From positions 29,015,504 to 29,079,503 of the forward strand of contig OZ037765.1 of the NCBI GenBank assembly GCA_964035545.1: DNA of 64,000 nt. The letters run 5' to 3'. The notes beneath the pieces are model-generated. The model was not told the DNA's origin and ran no database searches. It saw only the letters and a program-made list of their open reading frames with translations. Numbering within the stretch: position 1 is the first letter of the stretch; every line of letters begins with the position of its first letter. This stretch comes from Bugula neritina. Taxonomy: Eukaryota; Animalia; Bryozoa. This document shows positions 53,464 through 64,000 of this stretch, in pieces. A program made the translations under genes and the position numbers.

Positions 53464-56400
53464 ATGAATGAAACAGATGAGCCGTGTACTATAGCTGTGA
53501 CTATTCCCAACACTTTTAAAGGTCCAGTAGAGAACGTGAAAGATAAAATTAATGAGAGGACAACTGCTGTTATACCTGTATACTCTATCTCAGATTCTGA
53601 CGAGGAGAGGGCCAATGCTTTTATGAAAAACATGTCGCATAGTTTATTAACTGAGGCCAATACAAGCCAACCTGCAGCAGAGCTTTTACAAAGTTCCGAA
53701 GTATTGGAAGCTCAGAATACAAAAGGAGATTCAGAGATAATGGAGGCAGATAACTCTAATATTCCCTCTGCATGTGGACAATCAAAGGAGGAAAAACCGG
53801 CTGTTACTATTACTTTTATGAACACAGATTTTGCTAGGAAATATAGGCATGACATTGAAGAGTTTTTCCATACATTGATGACTGCTGAAAGTCTTAGCAA
53901 GAACCACGATCCATTGCCAACTATACAGAAGCGTGCTAATCTGAAAGGTCGCGTACTTGATGAGAGTACAGTTATAGGATCTATCTCAGTATGTGTTTTA
54001 TCTTATTATATTAATTATTTAATATAGAATACGCTGAAACATTCATTGCTATGCATAGTTTTACTTTCTACAGATGGTATGGTTAAATTTCTATGTTGTT
54101 AACTTAGGTATGCAGAAACTACATGGTTGATGCAATGGGATGGCCTATGATAGCTAACTCTCTGAATCTAACACCTGGTATCAGCATTCCTCTGTATGAA
54201 CAGATCTTTGCTGAAACGTACCCTCCTCCCGAAGATGCTGTAATAGTTGAGGCTAAACCCATCAAAACTTCAAAAATGTGTTTCAATTGTGGAGGTTAGT
54301 AAATGAGATTTTTTTTCCCCGCAATGTATATGTGTGAAGGGTTTAGTTTTTCCCTAAGATATATGCTAATTGACCAGTCATGTAGATGAAAGTAGTTGAC
54401 TTGATGGTTTCATAGTAACTCACTGGGTGTGTAGAGCCTGTAAATATCATTTAAATGTGTAATTTTTAATTGTAATAATAGTAGCCATGGCCTAGACTCT
54501 GGTGGTTAGAACACTAACTTTGTAAACACAGAGTAAGTGGTTTGAATTCTAGTAAAAGCCATTAGTAATATTAGGAAGGGAATTTAGTCATAATAATAAA
54601 TAAAAGACAAATCCTTAGCCCGCGTTATAAAAACTCTTTTCATCAGAGGTTCTCACAGGGTAGCCACTATAAACCCATGTGAGTTCAGTATTCTGAAGGT
54701 CATAAAGTTGTGTATTATAATTACAATTAACTGTGCCTATGATGTGGCAAGGTCATCAGAAGGTTATACTTAGCTGAACACCATGGTTTAATTTTGGTAG
54801 AGGATGGACATGAAGCAGGGAAATGCCCCAAACCATTTGATAGGAAAACTTTCAGTCGTAACCGGGCCAAGTTCAAGGCCACGGGTCTTCAGTATGGAAG
54901 ATATCACAAGGAAGAGAAGAATAAGAAGATGAAACCTGGTGAACTCAGTCACTCTCTTCGCGAGTCCCTCGGTATGTGTTACGAGTTTTTCGAGTTTCTG
55001 GTGTACATCGGTCTACTTATATGACATTCATTATACGAGTACTGTTTATACCAGGCTGATCAGTCAGTTGTATAACTACCTAATCTTTGTCAAACCCTTT
55101 ATTAGCATTTTTAAAAAAACCTTTCTTAAGCTTTTCTTAACTTTTTCAGATGTAATTTTAGTTATCTTCATATTCAGAAATGATGCACTCACAAATAGAG
55201 AAACAATTCACTTTATGATACATTATATAGTTGAGGAATTCTGTTACATAAACAGGATAAATAGTTAATAAGGGAGGGGGGGGTTGACCCTGTAAAAATA
55301 TTCTGCTACTAAACTGAAGCTTGTTTTTTAAACACTGTTTTGTTTATTGTATATAATCAAAATAATGTATATGTGGTAGTTTACTTTTGTGCTTCTTGTT
55401 TTTGTGGACACAACTCCCAAATACCACTGCGATATTTATCTCATAAGGTAGTGTATTGAATGATAAGTTGGAGTTCAATAGGAATGCATACGTGTAGCCC
55501 CAACACAATACAGATAACATAGAGGTACTCTTGTATCACTACTACAACAATATCTCCTGTATATTAACTGTAGTGTTGAACTCATGAAATGTTATTACAC
55601 CAGGATTAAAGGAGCATGAATTGCCTCAGCACATATACCGGATGAGGCAGTTGGGGTACCCCCCTGGCTGGCTGCTGCATGCAGAGGCTACCAACTCAGG
55701 TCTCGCCATGTTTGACAAGCACGGCCAGGAAGTGGATCTGGATGGCGACTGTATGGAGGATGGGGAGGTGGCAGAGCACAGGCTACGAGATGAGGCCAAC
55801 TGTACGCTACTTTTGTACTCTAGTGACTTCTGAGTTGTCTCACTTTGTCATACTTTCATTTATGCAACACTTTCTGGCGTAGAGTTTGTATTTATATCAC
55901 GTGTCAACATATAGAGTTTGTCTGAATTTTGTTTTGTCGTATGTTTTAGTAAAGTATAATTTGGAGCATCTCATCGCATTCCCAGGATTCAACATTCCTT
56001 GTCCTGAAGGAACAGAAGACGTAAGCTTTATATAATTCAATAACTTATGAAGTATATTTATCAGCATGCAGTGGTTTAGGTGATGGTAAAAATGGCATTT
56101 TTGAGCTATATAGATCAACACTTTACTTTTAGCATACATTTCTGTGTTCAACTTTAAACTCTATTAATCATTATCAGCAACTTTTCAGTCTATCAAATAT
56201 TTTTATTATCAAGTTTAGAATCAACACTTGAGCTATTGAAGCTTCATCTTGTGCTGTTTGTCTACTGTTACTTTATTTAACATAACATCAGTTCCAGCTT
56301 AGTTTCTACATTAAATTTAGAACAGAGTACTTAAACAGAGCTAATAATTTTAATGTAAAAAGAATGTGAAAAACATTGTTTTTTATAATTTTTTGTGATT

Positions 56401-58012
56401 ATTTTCCAACAACTGTTTCAGTTTAACCGTAGTTCTTCTAATGATACACTGCCAAGCTGTATATCAAGTTATGTCTATGTATGACTTGATTCCAGAATGC
56501 GTTGAAAATCAGAGGATGTCCTACGATGAAATCAGACCATAGCCTTGATTCTATGATCTCCAATGTGAATCTGATCAGAGAGGAAGAGTCTTCCAGCCAC
56601 CCGCAGAAAAGGACTCGATACGATTCCGACACATATAGTAACCACAAGAGATTTAAACCTAATCAGGTTGACATGGACCTCTCCGATGGAGAAAATGATG
56701 CTGCAGAGGTCATTGAAATACCTCCGCCACTTCCAGAAGATGGCGATGATGATGACGATATTGTAGAGGTACAATGGCTAGCTTTCTCTGCTGCTTGAAA
56801 GTTATAAATATCAGAAAATATTCAATGGCTTTATTAATTATCGTGAATATACAAACTTTGCAGGCGTCATATGCTAGTTTCCTAGTAAGCACAATTTTAT
56901 TGTGATTTTGTTGTAACCGTCATGTTGGATTTGGTGTTGTCTCTATTGCTATATATTTCATTAGAAGTTTATGTCATGATCTCGTTGTGCTGATAGTAAT
57001 GTACTATACTATACTTGAGTAAGTTACTATGAGTAGATTACTGTGAGTAGGTTACTATGAGTAGGTTACTATGAGTAGTTTACTATGAGTAGGTTACTAT
57101 GAGTAAGTTAGTATGATTAAGTTACTACAAGTAAGTTACTATGAGTAAGTTACTACAAGTAAGTTACTATGAGTAAGTTACTATGAGTAGGTTACTATGA
57201 GTAGGTTACTATGAGTAAGTTACTATGAGTAAGTTACTACAAGTAAGTTACTATGAGTAAGTTACTATGAGTAGGTTACTACGAGTAGGTTACTATGAGT
57301 AGGTTACTATGAGTAGGTTACTATGAGTAAGTACTACTAGTAAGTTACTGTGATTAAGTTGTTATGAATAAGTTATTATCGATGCCGCATATGGTTTAGT
57401 TATAACAAGGAATTTCATCATCACCACATCTACTATCTACATATCTACTGCTACATCTTCTATCTTGGTGACCTATCTGATATTTGTAGCTAGTTACCTG
57501 TTTCTTAGTTTCAGGTGATTGATGAGCTGCCCCCGGAGCCTCTGTCACCCTCCCTCGATGAGTCAGCAACTCGGGAATGTGACGTCAGCAACATTAATGA
57601 CAGCATCAATGCCCTCGAGTTGCAAAAGCAGAAACTCTTGGCGGAGTTGAATGCAATGGAGGAGAACATAGTCTCGAGTACGCCAAGCTCATCTGCTCCA
57701 ATACCAGTTGGCTCATCGGACAAACTGTCTGCGCTGAACCTCGAGGAGGAAGAGAATAATGAAGAGGCGAATGCGAGTGCCAATACATCTTTATATCAAT
57801 CTATGTCATACCTGGTGTCAACGCCGGTTATACAACATTCTGGCATTGAAAAACTGCCTTCCTATGACAGGTTCTCTGATGGCATCACTGAACACCTGCC
57901 GTTTGAAAACTTACCTAATTCTGTTGGTGTTTATGAAAAGATGTCGGATGTTATGAAAAGTGTTAAGGAAAAGATGGCTACTATTCGTCCAAAGCGAAAG
58001 GTTAAAAAATAG
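53464..58012 (+). CDS. ZCCHC8: Zinc finger CCHC domain-containing protein 8 (NEXT complex scaffold)
   Basis: Exons 53464-53988, 54108-54294, 54801-54971, 55604-55801, 55950-56020, 56496-56768, 57515-58012. ITFMNTDFARKYRHDIEEF; zinc knuckle CFNCGEDGHEAGKCPKP; PSP domain KPGELSHSLRESLG...IYRMRQLGYPPGWL; FPGFNI; C-terminal FSDGITEHLPFENLPNSVGVYEKM resembling the MTR4-binding tail. Confidence 0.92.
54480..54690 (+). mobile_element. decayed tRNA-derived SINE-like fragment
   Basis: TGGCCTAG...TGGTTAG (A-box-like) and GGTTTGAATTC (B-box-like) followed by AGGAAGGG; 3' limit uncertain. Confidence 0.4.
57017..57372. repeat. 14-bp minisatellite, about 25 copies
   Basis: Unit GAGTA(A/G)GTTACTAT in the last ZCCHC8 intron. 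Confidence 0.95.
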
Positions 58013-58859
58013 GCATGGTTGTAAACCATCATTACTGTGTATAAATGTCTTTCTTTACTGTTGTCATTAGGTTGTAAATTTTGTCTGACTGTATATTACA
58101 ATATAATTAGCAGTGTAAATAAACTAAGACCAATTTTAGCTGCATTTGTTTAGCTAAACATCATGCGTTACTTAAACAATTATATTTTATTGCAATATAT
58201 AATTTATTTATGTAAATGAATTGAATTATGGTCATTTTTCAATTTTTAAGACACAAGGCAAATCAATTTAACTTATGTAACGTGTAATCCTAAGAGCTCC
58301 AAATGAAGAATTTTATGATGTAGTCTCTCCTTTCTATGCTTTGAGCTTTGATGTTAAATTTTTATTAGAAATTCTCAATATTAGCAAATGAAAAGATTTT
58401 AGTTGTGAGTAGAAGACAGAAATTTTTAGCCGAACTTAAATTATGCTGAACAAGGGATCATTGTATTTCACAGCAGAATTCTATCATTAACACAAATACT
58501 TGCCAGCAATTTAACGAAATTTTTATAGCTTTCTTTTGACCATTCAGGATCTGTGCATTGTTTAAATAATTTTCAAAACTACTTGTTGAAACCTTTTTTC
58601 AATGGCATGATTATTTCCTACTCATTTATAAAAGTCTATCAGTTGATTTCCTACTAGCTTTTGAACACTTGTAAACTAGATTTTTGTAAGAAGATACTAT
58701 ATACTAGTTGGGATATTTTACATCTAACTCTCTGATGCTGTTATTTAGCAGCATACATTATAATTTAGGTTTGCAATAGCAGTGGTGATGTAGACTTCAT
58801 AATTTGTATTTGAACTATATTGCAACGAACATAAAGCATACAAACTAGCTCAACCTAAC

Positions 58860-61800
58860 TTAAAGATTGCTACAATTACTCTCTTTTGGCTGAGCTCGTA
58901 TCTTTGCTTCCACCACAAGCGTTCCTTTTTTAATGAAACCATTGGTTGGGTCAAGGACATCACATAACTTCATGTAAGATATTACGCCATACGTGTGCTT
59001 ATCACAGCTGTAGCTATGACAAAACTTCTTGCACTGAGTACCACTGGGGTCGGCCTGGTTAATCAACTTGCAGTCTATCTCGGCGTCGCAGCTCCAGTAC
59101 CTATTTGAAATTCCAAAAACTTAAATTTATAACAAAATAATAATCTGAAATCTACTCTGAAATTCAGCAAAATCTTGTTCTGTGCGACATATAAGCTCTG
59201 TATGTGAACTAACATAGAAATGCAAACTTTATATTAACACTGACTTCACTTAAGTAAAAATATTTAAACATACTTCAATTAAAGTTCTTTCAAAACAAAT
59301 TGAATAAAACACCTATATATAAATATCGTTAGCATAATTTTTGTTAACAATTAATATCTCAATAAGTCATGTTGGAGAGCTCATATAGAGCTGTATAATT
59401 CATAGAGTTTCTTGATGGAAAACTCACGGGTCCAATTCAGTGTTTTGACACTGAATAAAGAAGCCAAAATAATCTTGTTTGTCGCATGGATTATTTGGAT
59501 TCTTTTCAACATTCAACATAATATTCCATAAGAGATCATTGAGACAAATTCGCTGACTGAAGACTACTTTGTATAGCATGTCCACGTCAGTTACAGTGAA
59601 CTTGATGGTATCACAGCTGTAGTCATTGTCTACAAACAAATTTTATTTTTTTAAAAGTAAACAGAGAAATGAGATTTAATGAACAATATCAAATTGGCTC
59701 ATAACTTCTGTAACAAACAATATAAATGGCAATAACGAGAACCTGGATAGCACTTTTTTAGATCAATGGTGTCGTCACATAGATTCTTCTGGAATATTGA
59801 ATCGAATGAATTTTCAGCCGACTGGAAGCAACTCCCATTTTCAAGGGAAAGATCTACAAGCTTGCATGGGTCTCCTTGGAAGATTTCAGAGTTGAACACC
59901 TTGTCATATGGCCTATTGCAACGCTCGGATACATCTGGCAAAGGCTCGATCACTGGGTTACAGCTAGTTGAAGGAGAACATTGGGATTTGGGTTTAGCAC
60001 AACGGTCACAGGCTTCTAAAATAGAATTATTGATTGGATCTTCAATAATGTATTTTTAATTTATATATCTGTGCATAATAGATACAATATATATAATATG
60101 GAATAAATGTGTATGTATGTTAAATATAGAATGTTGAATAAAAACATGATGAAATATGTGAGCCATTTTGATAGAGAACTAGAGTTTTAACTCCAACTAG
60201 ATCTGAAAGCAGCATGAACACTCATAAATTTTTTTTGAATTTTTCTGTAATGTATAATAACACTATAATACTATATTATACTATCAACCAAATTTAAGTT
60301 ACTACAAAAAGATTTTATGTTCTAATAACTTTTTCTAAAAGAGAGAGCCTTTTACGAGCTTCAAATAATTGAAATACATCATCTGTACACATTTAAACAA
60401 CATGTTGATATGTGGGCAAGTTTTATCCCTTTACACACTACATAATATTGTAAAGCCTAACGCAGCACTCTCTGGTTCAGCATGCTGCATGCGGCACTCT
60501 CTGGTTCTGCATGCTGCATAGTATTTATAATTGTTACTTTCTGCGAGAGCTCCAACTGGCACCTCGGCCAAAATTTAACCAAACTCAACAAGTTTCTTGC
60601 CTGCAACTTTCCAACTTTTTTCAAATGTTATTAGCAATACGTTGTTTGGAACTCTTGCAGGCAAGTAAGTGTTAAAGTTTATGTTAAATTGTGGTAGGTG
60701 CACATACCAGGACGCTCTGGGAGTCATTTTTTTGCCATAGTTAAGTTATTTCTCTGTATTTGATGTCTACAGTTGGCTAAGTTTAAACTTCAATGTGTTT
60801 ACAGATCTCCTGGCTTTTGCTATTACAGAGTCTAGACTTTCTTGTGCCTCAACCCTATTGTTAGGTAATCCTGGCTCTTCTAGCATTGTTGAATCTCTCT
60901 TGTCTCCTCCACGAGCTATTGGAGCAACATCTTCGGCTAACAGCGCTTCAATATGTACATCAGTTGCTGATTGGCTAACTTTCTCAGTTCTGCTTTCTGC
61001 TAACGCATTTTCAGATGTATCTTGCCCAGAATCAAGACTTGGATCGCTTTCTTGCATTGTAGTGAAGGTGGCATTGTCAACTTCATGATCTTTTACGGGC
61101 TTCAGTTGTTCTACGGACTTTAGTTGTTCTACTGATAGCTGGTAGGTCACATCCTGTATAACTTCTAATACTAACTGCTCTGCAGTTTTAGCGACTTGTA
61201 AAAAGTCATCTTTTTCGATCTCTTTACTCTTAGAAATACTTTCTTTCTTAGAATTTTCAAAATCATTGTTAGAGTGAGCTATAGTTATTGTGTGTGCATC
61301 AGAATCTTCAAGTTCTTGACTAGCAAGTTCTGTTGCTATAGACTCTGCGGGTTCAGGTTTGGGTATTTTTTCACTTTGATGTTCATTTTGAACTATTTTC
61401 TCAGTTTTGTCCTGCAATTGATTTGTTTCAACCTTTATAATTGTTTTTGTATCTAAAGTAGTGGATTTACTGATCTCACCTTCAGTTTTAGGCTCAGGTA
61501 TGGTGGGCTGAGGGCAGAAGTTGGTTTTTGTTTCTTCATCCTGAACAAGGCACGGCATCTGCATTGGCACTTCTGAAAGACATTTTACAAGTTATATAAA
61601 TATGCAGGTTATACAAGCTATATAAAGGCTATACAACTTATATAAGTTATATAAAACTTATATAAATTATATATAACTTATATAAGTTATGTAAGCTATA
61701 TAACTTATAAATAACTTATATGAGCTATGTAAGTTATATATAACTTATATAGCTTGTTTAAGTTATATAAGCTAAATAAGTTATATAAATATTTAATATG

Positions 61801-64000
61801 GGGAAAACCATCCACTGGCGCTGAATTACATACCCTATAATTAACTGTAACAAGCTATACAAATATATTTCTGCTAATATATTATACAATGAGGCTGAGG
61901 ACATAACTGTGTAGACAAAACATTGTTTCTATTTTTACACAATAATATATTCTATAACCTATAGAAATGGTTTGTCATATTTTATAAGTAAGTAAATCTT
62001 GCTTTGCGATTGGGTAATATAATGACATTGCTCTTACACTTTCGATCTGTGATCTAAAAGTTGTAATTTAACCTCTTTGATGTGATGTAATGCAAATAAA
62101 ACATAGTGTAATCATCTGATGATGACGCACCATCAACTAACTGACCACTTGGTTGCAATTATTGCAGCTGGCTTTCAAATATTTGATCACCAACAAGATA
62201 GTAAATAGGCTGCATTAGTAATGGGAAGCAAGGTACATACCACGGTGGCCAAGTTTGTATCCTTGCAGATCTAAGCATGGGAATTCTATACATTTGATGG
62301 TGTCCAGTTCACTAAGCATGCCCTTAGCCTGTTTAGCAATGTCTACATTGTGGTTGTAACAGAGGAGCTGATTGGCTTTAGTCGCTGCATTCTTAGCTTC
62401 AACCATTATCTCCTGAATCTTATTCTTGTGGAGATTTGTCCCCCTCTTGTTTTTCTTAACCAACTCAGTTATGTCACACAGAAGTTTCTCTTTCATTCTA
62501 CACAGCTCCGTGTTCTGTGTGCATAACACAAGTTATTTACTTTGCTATATTCTATTGCAATTTAGCAACAATTTCTAATGCCTATGCCATCTTATTGAAA
62601 TCCAAACATAAGACACATAATATGTAGACTTCCTTTAAACTTTTAAACTACTTGTTCTTATTTTGCTTTGCATACATCTATTTTTAGATTATGCATTCTT
62701 ACTTTTCTCTTGTTAATTTTGTATAGTATTAACTGTATCTTGTTGGCCGCTGGCCTTGGTAAACTTACTTCAAAACAAGAGGCAAAACCTGGGAAATCCC
62801 ATGATTTGGAGAATCCCATGGTGTGGGGATTTTAAGGACGTAGAAAAGCTTTAAAGAATCTTATAATAACATATTTTTATAATTTTATAAATCGTTTGTC
62901 AAATGTAAACGTTCTTGGCTATTATTCAAAATAAAATTGAATAAGAAGACAATACCTTGATTTCAAACTCGCGGCACACTGCCTGCTTCACTTTTTCTAG
63001 TTCACACTCTTTCTGTTGGTAAGCCTTGTACGCCTCAGCAATTACCTTCTCTCCACTGAGTCTCACACAATCTACATCCTTCATGCCCTGGTTTATAGTA
63101 GTTGCCATTTCTAAGGCTACTATGTCTAGTTCTTCAGCAACGTGTCTACCACCTATTATTAATTAAATTTCTTCTTTTAGATTTAATGAACAAAAATTCA
63201 AATATATATTTATTTTACAGAACAATAAGTAAACAGATGTTAGACTCTACTTTATTTACGCAAAAGTTTTAAAGTAACTCAACTTGAAGTTAATAATGAT
63301 CAGAACAAAATATATTTTGGTAAAAGTATAAGCAGTTTAGCATTTCAAATTCAGTATTTAGAAATAATTGTGAAATAAGAATTTTCTGGTTTATATTCAA
63401 ATGTAATAAAACTTGATGCGTATATACAGCATTGCTTAAAACAGAAATTTTCCGCTGAAGCTGCCATCTATTTATAATTTATATTAAGATATATTTGGAT
63501 AGGATGATGAAAATAATTAATTTGAGAAAAGAATTTCCAGGCTGAGATTAAAGCTACAAGAAGTAGCTTTACTGTTAAAAGGTTTCAACAGAATGGCTGG
63601 TTCCTATTTGCATATTTTATGCTTTATTTTTAAATAAATTATAATTCTGGTTTCTCAACAACAAACAGCGTATACAGTAGCAGCGCATGCCAATTATTAA
63701 TTGTTTAACTTTGCTTGCCTAACAAGCAAGCTTTAAGAAACGTTTAATTATAGAACTGCTGGCTGCTAGTTGAATATAAATTAAATGTGAAACTGAAAAA
63801 TACAGCGCAGGCACTTTTAAGGATAGTTTAATAAACCAACCTTTTTCGCACTCAATGCAAGCGACACAGACTTGACATAGAATCATATCACATTTCTTGC
63901 AGACAAAAAGTAATGTATACTTTGGGTGAATCTTGCACCTTCGGCATTCAAACTTCCGTTTCATCAATTTATACTGACATATTGGCATTATGCGATGCTT
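58860..64000 (-). CDS. TRIM-like B-box/coiled-coil protein with C-terminal MATH (TRAF-like) domain, 5'-partial
   Basis: Exons >64000-63841, 63152-62956, 62514-62241, 61572-61480 (or an extended open form to 60767), 60015-59743, 59629-59428, 59100-58860. B-box CKIHPKYTLLFVCKKCDMILCQVC...GGRH; coiled coil; MATH FTVTDV...LLWNIML...YFGFFIQC...WSCDAEIDCKLINQ...DVLDPTNGFIKKGTLVVEAKI. The junction into the 60015 exon is uncertain. Confidence 0.72.
60545..60720. mobile_element. decayed foldback/MITE-like inverted repeat
   Basis: GCACCT..AAATTTAAC..CTTGCCTGCAA..TTCCAA mirrored by TTGGAA..TTGCAGGCAAG..GTTAAATT..AGGTGC. Confidence 0.5.
61590..61790. repeat. degenerate ~9-bp AT-rich repeat (TTATATAA-based)
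   Basis: Repeated AAGTTATAT / AACTTATAT / AAGCTATAT units just intronic of the 61572 acceptor. Confidence 0.8.

Noticed and set aside
54074-54076. 3-nt microexon cag|ATG|gtatgg in ZCCHC8
   Set aside because: The downstream intron would be only 31 nt, too short.
60708-60753. Possible bridging exon with GTATGT donor in the TRIM-like gene
   Set aside because: In-frame TGA and only a 49-nt upstream intron; overlaps a foldback element.

Overview
AT-rich, intron-rich metazoan (invertebrate-type) nuclear DNA; the species cannot be fixed from the sequence. Hand-splicing with GT-AG sites and phase checks supports five protein-coding genes. (1) The 3' part of a PLEKHA5/6/7-like PH/coiled-coil gene (+, 905-11168). 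(2) A complete ABCG1/ABCG4-like half transporter (-, 12620-25604) with a degenerate LTNGQ signature, a tRNA-Val(CAC) in its last intron and a candidate 15-nt microexon. (3) A Kirrel/Neph-like 5-Ig receptor (+, 31540-49149) whose first Ig domain lacks both cysteines. (4) ZCCHC8 (+, 53464-58012). (5) A B-box/coiled-coil/MATH TRIM-like gene (-, 58860 to beyond the window end). Introns and intergenic DNA carry several MITEs with clear TIRs/TSDs, decayed tRNA-derived SINEs and minisatellites. The most unusual signal is 0.5-1 kb tracts of consensus-free, 'drifting' 6-bp periodicity, where each hexamer resembles its neighbour but no fixed unit exists. By eye they occur only beside the inferred ABCG and ZCCHC8 promoters, plus a weak patch 5' of the tRNA. 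All exon models are manual and unverified by transcripts.
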